Below, piece by piece: positions 1 through 12,430 of a DNA stretch of 64,000 nt. The notes beneath the pieces were generated by a model that searched no databases, was not told where the DNA came from, and saw only the letters and a list, made by a program, of their open reading frames with translations. The first letter of the stretch is position 1, and every line of letters starts with the position of its first letter. Position numbers and translations under genes: made by a program. Source of the stretch: Saccostrea echinata (lineage: Eukaryota); contig NW_026889758.1 in the NCBI RefSeq assembly GCF_033153115.1, positions 11,160,001 to 11,224,000 of the forward strand. The letters run 5' to 3'.

Positions 1-1953
1 GCTAATAAATTTTAAAAAGGAACATTACCTATATTTATATATAAACTCAAACATTAACTAAACACAATTTTACAAATTGTATGACTTCATTGATATTTAA
101 ATACATATCTGTCGAATGTATGATATCTATCAAAGAATATATGTATATAGACAATCACCGTAAAGGACTTTTTAAAAAAAATAAAACATTTCCTAAACCG
201 AAAGTTGGCAGTATATAGCTTTTAATTTGGTTTTATTTAACGGAAGCGTTTACATTTTTGAATTTTCATAGTTTTATTTTTTTTTTTTTACTACCTGACT
301 ACACGTTCGATTATTAAGCAAAGTATAGCGCAATTGAAACCCAATTCAACCCCCTCCCTTAATGAGATAAAATACAGCATTTATAGAAGTACACTTTCCA
401 AAATGTACATTACTTCCACTACTTGAGAACTGTTTTATTGTTCACCATAAAATGTTGAAAAAATAGAAAAGTGAGACTTTATGCATCATTTTTTACAAGA
501 TTAATTTTAAATAGCGATAGGCCGGGGGCCTCTTTCATAAAGATGTAAAGTAGCACAGCGAAATACTATGTTTAAGGTACGTTAAAATATTGAACCTAAA
601 TAATTTTTAAAAATCCTTCCTTTAACAAGAACATAGATTTAAAGCAAATCAAGACTCATTACATGAAAATGGGGGGATTTCTCGATTTTTCAATAAATAC
701 TCGAAATGATTAAGAAATCTTTTATTTCTGATAATGAAATGAATTCAATTATGTTGACCAGAAACAATCCAAATTTTAGTTTCAAACAAGTATTCGCTGA
801 CAAAACTTCAGAGATATATTCAAGCTGTAAAAAGTCAACTAAGTTCTAAGTGTCATGAATATCCTAAAATGACATAAGATGTAGGCTGTTGAATAAAATA
901 CATAACCTAGGAAACAAAATGCATGTACATAAAAACATACATGTAGTGGTTTTATCATGAAGTTGTACTTAATTGCCTGAAAAAATGGTTTATATTTTTT
1001 TATCTAAAATTCATATAGAACTTAGAATTAATACAGTTAATTGTACTACTTATAAAAGGGATTTGTATTTCATAAGTCACTCATTTTCAGGAATATTTTA
1101 TGAAGCAAAGTGGCGGTGGTTTCTATATTGATTGAAATATTCGTCCATATAAATGTACTTAATACTACATGCATTTATTTGGATTACTGGTTTCTTAAAC
1201 GACATTGCAACATTTGATATACAGCAACCCAAATAGGTTGTTGGCCTGAAGCAACGTTTTCCAAAGTGGAGTGGAGGTGGGGGCAACATCCGAAAAAACC
1301 CGTGTACTACTGGCCTGTGTACCATCTAATTCTTTCCAATGATAGAACCTTCTGTACAAATCCAAAACAGACATGTCAAGTCCCATGGTTTTGGAGATAG
1401 CATTTTAACATTCGTGCTATTTAAGTACTATCACTCAAAGTAGAAATGTAAACGAAGGGTTAACCTGTGTCACCTTCCTGAGTAAGCAGTGAACTCGTCC
1501 AAAGATGCTTTGACGGTCGTTGTAAAACTTACCTGAGATTCCTAAACAAAGGAAAGCGCGAAATCTCTGTATAGAAACTGTTGCGGCTGCGGAGCATCAC
1601 TCATTATTCCTTCGTCATATAATAGAATGCGACCTTTTAACACTTAATATCATAGAATATACAAGCATTTTCACGATAAACTTCATTTTTGTTTCTAGAG
1701 TTTTTTAAATCTTTAATCTTTTACCCACTTACATATTATGAATTGTAATCTACTTCTGTGAGGAGACAAATCACAAAATATTGATATCAACCAATAAACA
1801 TGTACAGGTATTTTCTCATCAGTTCAAAAATCTGTTAGATATTCTGGTAGATTTACTTACCTATTTCTGCCGAATACCAGAACCAAGACAAGATAATTTC
1901 AAACATGTATTAAATATATGTATTAAATTAGATGTAGAATGATTCTATATGAT

Positions 1954-2084
1954 ACAATTATTGCTATTTTTGAGGTCAATACGATGATTTAGCCATCTGA
2001 GGAGTACAATATTCACAAAACTCGAATTTTGTACTTCGAAAGTGGTTAAATCATCGTATTGACTAAAAATACATCAATAATTGT
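1954..2084. repeat. Imperfect long inverted repeat (hairpin) of a non-autonomous DNA element
   Basis: acaattattg...gtcaatacgatgatttagcca pairs with tggttaaatcatcgtattgac...caataattgt; similar style to the hairpin at 46553-46687. Confidence 0.6.
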
Positions 2085-2483
2085 TTTATTATATGATTCA
2101 AAGATTAAATGATACAAACTCATCAAGCAATTCATGCCATCTTACTTGTTTATATTTCCATTTCTGTTTGTTTTCTCTGTGATAACTCTTTGAAAGTTAG
2201 GAGAGCTGATTTCTTGATCATTCTACCGGAATGCAAATTTCGCCAAGCGGAAGGTCAGGAGCTAAGAAGGCTTAATATGCACGTAATTCTCCTGCGGCTG
2301 TCTTTGTGTCTGACTCTAAGGAGGCCTAATATGCATGTAATTCTCGTGCGGCTGTATTTGTGTTTGACGTCAGTGGGCGGGGACTATTGAAATTGACATG
2401 TGAGGCCCCGTGTAATTTAAAGCTATTAGTCTACATTTTTAAAATCTAAATTTACAATTTTATTTCACAATGAAATGGAAATA

Positions 2484-2626
2484 TAAGGAATCACTGTCTA
2501 GTTAGTAGAGTATGCCAGGGACATCAACGATAGTTGGAAACGTGGTATAATTTATGCAAATTATCCCACGTTTCCAAGTATCGTTGATGCCCTGGCATAC
2601 TCTACTAACTAGACAGTGATTCCTTA
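2484..2626. mobile_element. Fully palindromic MITE-like element (~143 bp)
   Basis: taaggaatcactgtctagttagtagagtatgccaggg... mirrors ...ccctggcatactctactaactagacagtgattcctta with few mismatches. Confidence 0.75.
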
Positions 2627-4235
2627 AATATATCGCAAACATTAAAATAAGATCTAATCAGCAGGAAAAGGCCAGAACTGATTTGCATGATGAAAAAGGA
2701 ATTATTAGAATTAAAGAAAATATCAAGAAAAAACAGGTGTTAACATGTATAAAAATAATGCAAGAACAGACCTTATATATGCTTCCGAGATTTAAAGGAC
2801 AAATAAGGAGATAGAAAACAGACTTCATGGGTTTGGGGAGATAAAAAGTTGTAAGTTCATCAAATACTCAATTACAAATACTCAATGAAAATTTGGTTTA
2901 ATTTTCTTGATCATTTTAAAAGTTACACAGAATTGAAATTTTGACTTAAGTCTGTTCTTACTTTATGGTTTTGGGGTTATATTGATTCATAGAATCTACC
3001 GTATAAACGAGTAACCCACGAAATTACGTCCATTCGGAGAAGTAAAATTTTGTTTGCCCACAAACATTGACCCCACGAATTAAATTTATTCCACGGTAAT
3101 GTGAAGTAATTGGCTAGATAAGATAAGAAGCAAGAAAGTGACAGGGTTCACAGACATCCAATGTTGAATTAAAACAAAGACGCTGGAGATGTTTGGGCAA
3201 TGTTCCAAGAGTAAATACATAGGGGAGCAAGTAAGTTTTATGAATAAGTATCGAATTTTAGCATAAATGAGGATGATTTTCAATCTACCGACATGTGATA
3301 ACCCAATCAAAAGCAGTTCAGGATTGATCTCACAAACACTTAAAGAGACAAAAATTCTAAGCATCCAAAAAGTCATTGAATAATTAGAGTAAATAAGTAA
3401 ATTTTAAAGCATTCCTTGTGAATGGGGTATTCACAGTTGTGAAAACCTTAAATAATTCAAAATTTCCTTATTACTATATAACATTTTCATTTTATACATA
3501 TACGTGTAACGACCCTACTTTTTCAGCGGAAAGGATGTCTTTAAAAAAAACTTTAAGATTTTAATTGAAACAATCAAAAATCCTTTATCAACGGAAAAAT
3601 GAAGTTATAATTTATAAAATTAACATTCTCTTCTTATTTGTTTTCCCTGCTTTTATACAAAATATGACTTAAGTTTTGTAGAAGTTACCATATAGGGCAT
3701 TTTAAAACAAAATCTTACCGCACAATTAATTTTCAGGAAATTCATCATCTGACATGTCTTACTTGAGAATGGTGGTGTAAAAAAATACGTTGTAGTTGAT
3801 TTATTTACATGTTTCGGTTGACAGTTAAGGAGAGTTCTTTATGAAACAATTATCACAGGTAATAATAATTGTCAAAATTAAAATGACAATTTAACACATT
3901 AAAAATATTCATCATGTCTTAGAATTAGGACCAACTGTAGTGCAGTCTTTCTTTAATTGACAATGTCTAATTTTGTATTTTAACTGCCTGCTTCTTTCTG
4001 ATAAACTATACTGCATTTTATATTTCATATATTATATTACTTCATGCATTTACATAAAGATATCTTACTATGGAATGTGATACCCTATCTATAACTACAG
4101 TACTGCAGTTATAATAATTGTGAAGTTTTGAATTGAGAGTTTTAGAAATGTATAATAAAACATTGCACCCTTCATGTCTAAATTTTACCCCATTTAGACA
4201 CGATAGTATATCACTTACACAATCTTACAAGCAGA

Positions 4236-4876
4236 TTTTTAGCTTACCAGGATTATTTCAGCAATATTTCAACTGCATATTCAGTACTATTTAGTAATAC
4301 GTATCAAAAAAAACTTTAATTGCCCAAGTTAATCCTTATTTGTCGTTAATTACATTATGTTAAATACAGGAGGAATGAAACAAGATATAAAAAAAATTAT
4401 GCTAAAACGCTTCTTCTCAAAAAGACTGGACCAGGAAAGATAAGGACTACCTGGTCATGTTAAATGGTATTAATAGACAAGCATCTTCAGCTAGTGTAGA
4501 ATGAAGTGTGTTCAATTCCCCCCCCCCCCCGGCAAAGGGATTGGGCCATCATAAGGAATCACAGTTTTACATTGGCATATTAAGGAAAAAATTATTTTGA
4601 AATGTTCTTAAGCAAGAACATGGCCTCAGGGATCAAGGTTTTATATAGGAATAGAGAGGACAAATCTGAAAATATCTTCTAAAAAAAGCAGACCCATGAT
4701 GAAAAGACGTTGATATGCAAGCAATTTGGGGAGTGTAGATTCAAGTTTGTTCAAATCATGGCTCTACTGAAGGAGGGTAGGGCCACAATATGGATTTATT
4801 CTATGAAATCATTTCTCAAGAAAAGCAAGACCAAAGTGACTCAAGTGAGCGTTGTGGCCCATGGACCCCTTGTTTT
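4236..4876 (+). mobile_element. Degenerate Helentron-associated (HINE/pearl-type) non-autonomous element
   Basis: Starts tttttagcttacc and ends gtgagcgttgtggcccatggaccccttgtttt (subterminal IR, GGCCCATGGACC palindrome, T-rich flanks), as in oyster HINE-type repeats; left boundary approximate. Confidence 0.5.
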
Positions 4877-4936
4877 CTGAAATACATATAGCAATATTTT
4901 AAAGCATGTATATTGTAATACATCAGTCGGTACATG

Positions 4937-5256
4937 TAGGGCGCTCGCTCCGTGGTCGGAAAGCCTCGGGTTTAAACCTCGACCACGACTGACCTAAGTC
5001 GATAAAAAAAGGTAGCAACTGTTCCTTCGCCAAGCGCTCGGCATTGTGAAGTGAAAGTTGTGGGTCCTACGGATGATACCTTAAAAACCGTGGCGCCGTG
5101 TCACGTCAGGCGTTGGAACGATGAAGATTTTTCACTGCTCAATGGCCCTGAGTGCCGAGTAATGATCTAAATTTGAAGCCTCTCACCGGTATATGGTGAC
5201 TTCTCTATATGAGTGAAAAATTCTCGAAAAGGACAATATACATACAATCAATCAAT
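4937..5256 (+). mobile_element. tRNA-derived SINE with Meta core (5'-eroded)
   Basis: Aligns by eye with copies at 17758, 27464 and 59823: ggatgatacc...ccgtgtcacg core, gagtgaaaaattctcg tail, (caat)n end. Confidence 0.85.
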
Positions 5257-5497
5257 TTAATAAATGATTTTGATAATAACAAGAGGAATTTTATAAATTT
5301 AAATGTTATTTGACTTGCTGATAATTGGCATATTTCTTAACATTGACCTTACTTGAAAAGAGTAAAGATTAAATGATTTAAGATTTTTAACCCCCCTTCT
5401 CTCTCTCTCAAATCTTCTGAATCAACACACATAACCACAGTTTTCAACATATGTTTCCTTTACTTAAACAACTTCGTGAGAAAAATAATGGAAATCA

Positions 5498-5788
5498 GTC
5501 GCCCGCGTGGCCAGTGGTTAGAGCGTCTGCTCTAGAGTCGCGAAGTAAGGAGTTGATCCTTATGTCGGCGGTTCGAATCCCATTGTGGGACGTGGAGACC
5601 GATCCTTCGGATGAGACCATATAAACCGAGGTCCCATGTCGCAGTAGGTGCTGGCACGAAAAAGATCCCTCACTGCTCAATGGCCATAAGTGCCGAGTAT
5701 AGGACAAAATTTGCAGCTCTCCACAGTCAAGTGGTGGCGTCTCCATATGAGTGAAAAATTCTCGAGAGGGGAAAAAAAACAAAAAATA
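5498..5788 (+). mobile_element. tRNA-derived Meta-core SINE, full length, different head
   Basis: A-box tggccagtggttagagc, B-box ggttcgaatccc, core ggatgagaccatataaaccgaggtccc; 17-bp TSD aaaaataatggaaatca at 5481-5497 and 5789-5805. Confidence 0.9.
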
Positions 5789-5977
5789 AAAAATAATGGA
5801 AATCAATTGAATTATCCGTTATCAAAATAAGAAATAGTATTCTGATTTAAAAATCATATTATAGATTGCAATGAATGTACTGATTTGTTTCTAAATGTAG
5901 AACTGCCCACTTGCTAATTATTTCATTATTTCCTTGATGATTAAATGCTTTATATAACACGGTATGTAACCAACCAA

Positions 5978-6124
5978 ANNNNNNNNNNNNNNNNNNNNNN
6001 NNNNNNNNNNNNNNNNNNNNNNNNNNNNNNNNNNNNNNNNNNNNNNNNNNNNNNNNNNNNNNNNNNNNNNNNNNNNNNNNNNNNNNNNNNNNNNNNNNNN
6101 NNNNNNNNNNNNNNNNNNNNNNNN
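5978..6124. other. Assembly gap
   Basis: Run of N. Confidence 1.
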
Positions 6125-7360
6125 CAACTTTTGATAATCGGTTACTCGGACGTTTTTCCGATCGAGTAACCGGGTACTCGGTAAAAATATAAATACAAGT
6201 GTGTTAATTTTCATAGGCGTCGGTAACGGGGGGGGGGCTTAGTCCCCCTCCCACTTTTTTGGCAAAGGTAGACATAATATAGGCATTGAACATTGGGGCG
6301 TAGGTTTAGCCCCCCCCCCCACTTTCAAGGGCTATATAGGCACATTGCAGTCTAATCTAAGGAAGGTAAGTGGTAGCGTTTGAAAAAAAAATGGTATAGA
6401 AAGATGTTCGATCGCACCCCCCCCCCCTCCCCCCTTCAACGAAATAGGATTTTTGATTTGGACGGACGATTTTCAAATTTCCTTTTCCTTTTTTTTTTTC
6501 TTTTGCTTGTTAAGTTTTTTTTCAGGTTTTAATTTTTTTTCTCTTTCAATTAGCCCCCCCCCCCTTCAATTTGCTTTCGACGCCTATGATTTTCTTGAGC
6601 CCCGTTAAGCTGTGTTAAACTCCAAAGACGTTTTTATCACGATTATAAATGTATATAAACATCGAGTCCAACGGGAATGATTTTTTGGTACTAAATTTAT
6701 TTATCAAATAAACACAGAAGACACAATTCATACATCGAAAATCAAAATATTGTTTAGGATCTATTTCATCAACGCAAAAGGAAGACAATCTGTTACGCAG
6801 GTTTGTGATGATTAGACTAGCAACAGAAAGAGAAGGTACGGACGTTGTTGGGATTATTTCATATGTTGGTTGTTTCCCCCGTGTACACTAAACTTACTAT
6901 GCAAACTGACTTTCAACATTTTTTTTTAATCTTTAATTATTTCTAAATATTTCTCAACTTTTGAAGTGGGTAGCAGCATTTTATATGCATGTCCGATTTC
7001 GCTGCCATATATTAACATTAAAAATGATTTGAAGATAATAGACCAATCCATACTTAAACGATGTTCACTGAAAACAATCATTGAAGCCATCCAAGAATTA
7101 AGGACCACAATAGGTGAGAACAGCTGTGTACAAGGTGATTGGTCACTAATTACTGTATATACACTGCCACAGGCGATAACGGGTGTTTTACAGGTGTAGA
7201 TGACGACACGCTAATTACCGTATGCATATTTAAATTTTTTTTTGATAAGTTTTTGATAAAAATGTGTACTTTGAAATAAGAAAAATACACATCCGAGTAA
7301 CCGAGTACCATTTTTAGTATTCGATACTCGGACGTTCGATCGAGTACCCGGTTAACCGGG
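6125..7360. mobile_element. Non-autonomous DNA transposon with both ends lost in gaps
   Basis: Inverted subterminal motifs (ggttactcgg/cgagtaacc, cgatcgagta) at 6141-6181 and 7293-7360, each abutting an N-gap. Confidence 0.5.
6212..6588. mobile_element. Nested MITE with CATAGGCGTCG termini and G/C tracts
   Basis: cataggcgtcg at 6212 and cgacgcctatg ending 6588; flanked by atttt direct repeat. Confidence 0.75.
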
Positions 7361-7502
7361 NNNNNNNNNNNNNNNNNNNNNNNNNNNNNNNNNNNNNNNN
7401 NNNNNNNNNNNNNNNNNNNNNNNNNNNNNNNNNNNNNNNNNNNNNNNNNNNNNNNNNNNNNNNNNNNNNNNNNNNNNNNNNNNNNNNNNNNNNNNNNNNN
7501 NN
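7361..7502. other. Assembly gap
   Basis: Run of N. Confidence 1.
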
Positions 7503-7839
7503 ATTTGTATCCTTTTTCAATCATTTTCTTTATCTGTTTGAATGTGCAATCATCCTATTTAACAAACAATGTAAAGAAAAAAATCGAAATCATTAATTAA
7601 TTTTCTTTTTTTTTTTGGCATAGGATGAAAAGAAAGAGTAAGTTAAAGAAGAGCACAGCTATAATTGCTAAATTGTTTCTCTCAAACATTGTCTTATAAA
7701 GTATATCTTTTAAATCTATGACTCGTATGAGAAGTGAAATATAAGTTTGTCAATTAATGCAATATTTCCTTGTAAATGAAATTCGAATATGACTAGGCAT
7801 TGTAAAAAAAAAAAAAAACCACAATCCCCGCAAAGCATA

Positions 7840-7893
7840 GTGACGTTGATATTTGGAAAGTATATACGACGAGTTGATTATCAAAATCTGTAC
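7840..7893 (+). promoter_or_regulatory. Core promoter of shelk2-like locus A (CRE-like half site, TATA, putative initiator)
   Basis: gtgacgt 7840-7846, tatata 7861, ctgtac 7888; same spacing as the three paralogs; exon 1 donor cagg|gtaaga at 7930/7931. Confidence 0.7.
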
Positions 7894-8190
7894 TACACGG
7901 CAGTCAAGCAGTAAGTCCACACAAATCAGGGTAAGAGTCTTTAAATATTTTTAGAATAAGAAATGATTTAGATTTCTCAAACTAAGCTTTACAGGTTACT
8001 TTGAAAATGCTTTTAAAAGACTGAATTTAGTGTTTTCTTTCTTTTAATTGCTAAAATGTTAATTTTCTTTTAATTTTCATAAGATTTAATGTTTTAAAAC
8101 AATCACGTTTAACTGCCCAGCAAAAAATTAAAACAGTAAAGTACTAAATTATATTTTTTTTTCTTCCAAATTTTCATCTAACAACAGAAG

Positions 8191-9060
8191 ATGATGAAAA
8201 TAATCTCTCTCGCCTGCATCGTTGCCTGCGTTTGTGCGGATTATTACCCAAAAAGTGGGGATTACTATCCAAAGAGTTATGGATATGATTATGGATATGG
8301 GGACTACTATCCCAAGAGTTACGGATTTGGTCCATATGGTAGCTTTGGAGGTGTGAACGGTGGACTCGTTGGCTTTGGCGGTATAAACAGCGGCCTCAGT
8401 GGCCTGGGAGGATACTATCCCGGTTTGGTCGGTATTGGAGGCGGTTCTGCTGCTGCTGGTTCAGCTTCCGCCGGAGGTGCTGCTGCTGCCGCCACTGCTG
8501 CTGCCGCTGCCAGACAAAATGCTGCCGCCTCCTCTGCATGCTGCCGCAGGAAACGGTGCTGCTGCCACTGCTGCTGCTGCAAGTGGACTAAACGTTGCCC
8601 CATACTATACCTATCCTGGGTATTATTACCAGGGACAACAATACTACAACTTCCCCAGCTACTACTTTAATCAGTATTCCAGAAACTACTTCCAATACCC
8701 TTTTCATGGTGTTGGAGGTGGGTCTGCTGCTGCTGCTAGTGCTGCCGCCGCTGGTCAGGCTGCCGCTGCTTCTTCTGCCGCCGCCAGTCAAGGATTTAAT
8801 GGACTCAATAATGGCGTCATTCTTGGAAGACATGAAGGTTTTATCGGCAGAAGATCAAGAAAGGTAAATTGTATTAAAAAGAATGTTTTTGTTTCTTAAT
8901 TGATGATAATGACTTTTTATTAATTATAGATAATAAAAGATATTTGTTATTAATCTGAATTTTTATGCACGATCTTTATTCATTGAAAAACCAAACTTTT
9001 TAAAAACCTTTTGCTTTCTGAGGAATTTAATGATTCGTCTTTTACTTCCAGGTTTACTAA
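8191..9060 (+). pseudogene. shelk2: Shelk2-like silk/shell-matrix protein, divergent paralog A, with +1 frameshift
   Basis: Signal peptide MMKIISLACIVACVCA, DYYPK repeats, Gly-rich and poly-Ala blocks. One extra base at ~8538-8539 (gca-t-gct) shifts from ORF 8191 to ORF 8399. Intron 1 7931-8187, intron 2 8864-9051, last exon GTT TAC TAA 9052-9060, aataaa 9124. Repaired product 226 aa ending RRSRKVY. Family name from recall, not from a search. Confidence 0.8.
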
Positions 9061-9692
9061 CTGGACTCTACATTGAAATCCTTCCTGGGCTCTTTGGGAT
9101 CACATATTTATTTTTGTTTTCAAAATAAATATTCAGCAATGAATTTTGATGTGTTTTGTATAATTGATTTACACTGTTCTGGCTTAGCAAAATCAGGAAG
9201 AAAACATCATTTGATCAAAAGTAAGAAAACATTCTGTTTTCTCAAGCATGGCTTTCTCTCCACCCTTTTTCCATGCTCAGATTTTTTCGTTTAAGGCTTA
9301 GGGCTTTAGGGCTTGATTTTAAATTTAAGATAGCTGCTTGCTTAAAATTTTGTAAAACTGAAATATTTCTTTTTATTGGTTCGATACCTACAAGTTCTGA
9401 AGAAGGAGAGGTTCTGTCTCAAAGGGGGAAAAATCTGTAAAATATAAATTCTGCAATGATTCTGCAATGTTCTCTAAGCTAAATACGCAAAGGGAAACAC
9501 TTTCTAGGCATCAAAAGCTCATGGATTTTAAGATTTTTTAAAGGCCAGATAATTGTATCAAATATCATACAAGGTCAGCATTATTATATTCTTTGTTTTC
9601 TTGGGTTTATATTGAAAAAAATATGTTAACAATCTATAGCTCTCAATTTCATTTTTGTTTTGTTATTTAGCTATTCACTACAATTAAGAAAG

Positions 9693-9884
9693 GCCCATAC
9701 TATACATATCCTGGGTATTGTTACCAGGGACAATAATACTACAACTTCACCGGTTACTAGTTTAATCAATATCCCAGAAACTACTTCCAGTACCCAAAAC
9801 ATAACACTTACAGTCCTTTTGTTGGTGTTGGAGGTGGGTCTTCTGCTGCTGCTAGTGCTGCCTCCGCTGGTCAGGCTGCCGCTG
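9693..9884 (+). pseudogene. Shelk2-like gene fragment (type A), two in-frame stops
   Basis: Reads PYYTYPGYCYQGQ*YYNFTGY*FNQYPRNYFQYPKHNTYSPFVGVGGGSSAAASAASAGQAA; aligns to ~8600-8770. Confidence 0.85.
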
Positions 9885-10140
9885 GAAATAATTGATACTA
9901 TTTAGAGGACATATAATGAGTCGTAAAGAGTACAGATGGCTATTTTACACAATGTCATTTCGATAATTTTGATCTTCATAAAGATGATAGTCTTTATTTT
10001 AATGTTTGAATGGATCTGCATGATTTCTAAAACATCAATATTTTAGCATCAGCTTCATATTTTTAAAGAGATTACAAAATAACGGTGGGCTTGCTATATT
10101 CCTGATGGAGACCCAAAGGTAAATTTTTTTTTAAAAAAAG

Positions 10141-10560
10141 ATGACAGAGGACAGTTTTTTCTTTTGGTTTTTTTGTTGGGGTTTTATTTTATTTTATTTT
10201 TTTTTTGTTTTTTTTTTGTTTTTTGTTTTGTTTATTTTTTTGTTGTTGTTTTTGTATTGTTTTGTTTTGCAATCAAAACGTTTGGCTGTGGTATTTCTTA
10301 ATATGAACCTGCTAGTAAAATGTATAATGGAAATTGTTTTAAACTAGCTCTACATGTAACAATAATTTGTTCTTGTCTCTTGAGTAATTCGAACCTTCTA
10401 GGAAAAAAACATGTACATCTAACTTATTGATACCAAATTATGACACAGGGACGATCTTAAAAAATTAATGAAAATATAGCCTTTTTCGGTATTTCACCAG
10501 AAGGGGGGATGTAGGTTCTAACTACCAAATTTAATTAATACATTATCAAATAACCATATT
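10141..10560. mobile_element. Partial copy of the DNA element at 58314-58974 (opposite orientation)
   Basis: gacagaggacagtttttt...caatcaaaacgtttggctg...ctctacatgtaacaata is the reverse complement of ~58850-58967. Confidence 0.6.
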
Positions 10561-11078
10561 TATGACTTATCTTTGCTACAACAAAAAATTAAAGGGCCCA
10601 CCAGCCTTTCAATAAACAATTGCAAAAGTAAATGGTAATGTTTGGAAAAAAGTAAGGGGCAGCCCATTGCCCCCCTCCCCCTGATACTACGTGTTGCAGG
10701 AATGGGGAGCTCGAGACATAAATAGTTAGATCATAGTAGTCTTACGGACTACTGTCTCTTTCACCACTTTTAAAGAGGGAGAGGCACAAGTCCAGTAAAA
10801 AATAAAAAGAAACTATATAAGTTTTACTAGACTTGATGTTAATTGATATTTGCTTCACTGGGGTAATCTTACTGCTCATGTCTCCCCCATTTTTTTTTTT
10901 ACAAAACGTTTTCGGGTCTTTCTACACTCAAATAGCAAAAATTTGACACTTCACACATTTGCAGTCACTAAATCCCGAGTAAAATGACGTTTCATTAGAA
11001 TTCCCTTGCTCTCGAAGTTAGTTCGAGAACACTATTTTCCCACTCTTTCTCTCGAAATTGTGGCATATTTATATCATA

Positions 11079-12430
11079 CTAGATGAAATCCCGCGCAAGC
11101 GCGGGTAATTGAATTTATACCACTACCGACAAAAAATATATTGTAGTTTCTACTGACAGCCTACAGGCTTATAGCAGGAAGAAATACTTTGTTCAAAATC
11201 CCGCATGTGCGTCTCCAACCCATCCCACCCCCTTTTGTAAAAACTTGAAAAAATAACAATTTCATTAATTGAAGTTTATTGTGAAACCTGTTATACTATG
11301 TTATGGATATTGTACTTCAGATGCTCCTATTTCATTTCCGTCAAGGATAACAGCAGCGAATATGCACATTTTACTGATAAATTGATTGTTTTGTTTTGTT
11401 TTTTTTTTTTTGAAGGGGGGGGGGGGTAAAATTCACAGGTACTTGGGTCTTGGTTTATGAATATGTATGTACCTTATTGATATGTAAAAAATGTACTTTA
11501 CCTTTTTTACATATCAATAAGTTACATACATATATATAAACCAAGACGCAAGTACCTGTGTAAAAATTAGCTTTAAACGGCTAAACGCCCTATGAATAGG
11601 CCGAGTATTTGATACAAAAGACTGTATTCAGGAAAAAAAAACTGAAATGTATTGATTAAAGCACAAAATTTTACAGCTTTAATTGTATTTGAGCAATATC
11701 TTATTCATTAATTTTCTCTTTTCATGTAAGCAATTTTATTACGAAGTAGAAATTGTACTTCGGGTTCGTTGCCACGATGCTCTCAGTGAGGAATATATAC
11801 ACATTTTTCCGATAAATTTATTAGGAAAACCTACTTCATATATGTAATAGTCTTTAGATATATAAATATATTCACAACTTACAGTGTTATCAATGATTTA
11901 CCATTATTTCAATGACTATTCACACATAAGCTTTTTTATGTCCCGGCAGCTATAATCGTCTCGTTTTTCTTTTTAATATCGGGCTCGATGCTATATGATG
12001 TTCTAGAAGCTTCCGTCAATATTAAGATCGGTGAATGACAAAAAATAATTTGCACATTTTCCTTTTTAATCGGTTATCACAACTTATTTCTTTTATGTCA
12101 TTTAAATCAAGTTAATCGAATAATTCAGTGATGACGTTTTATGAAATAAATAAACGATTGATTGTTGTCAGTTGCATTGAAAATTGCCAGAGACTTAGAT
12201 CCGCCAACCGGAAACGCCACCGTGCTCACGTTTTTGCTATTTCATGGCTGTTTATAGAAAATAAAAGTAGACTTTTAATTTAATGTACGATACTTACTAT
12301 GCGAGTTAAATCTAAATATAGTTTACGGACATCATATTGTATCTAGTGTATTCTTAGAGGAGTAAGTAAAAACTCTGGTGCATCCGTTTCGGAGTTTATT
12401 TGCAAAATTTATTAATTTATAAGTATAAGA
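11079..12430 (-). mobile_element. Non-autonomous Helitron
   Basis: On the minus strand: 5'-TC at 12430, 3'-CTAG at 11079, GC hairpin cccgcgcaagcgcggg (11090-11105) just inside the 3' end, inserted in an A^T site without TSD. Confidence 0.8.
11434..11560. repeat. ~127-bp palindrome inside the Helitron
   Basis: cacaggtacttgggtcttggtttat...ttattgatatgtaaaaaa mirrors ttttttacatatcaataa...ataaaccaagacgcaagtacctgtg. Confidence 0.8.

Noticed and set aside
5498-5592. tRNA gene (also heads at 17758 and 27470)
   Set aside because: A/B boxes are present but run into SINE core and tail with TSDs; no clean cloverleaf
5918-6214. ORFs spanning N-gaps (also 7150-7524 and 61062-61445)
   Set aside because: Artefacts of N runs lacking stop codons
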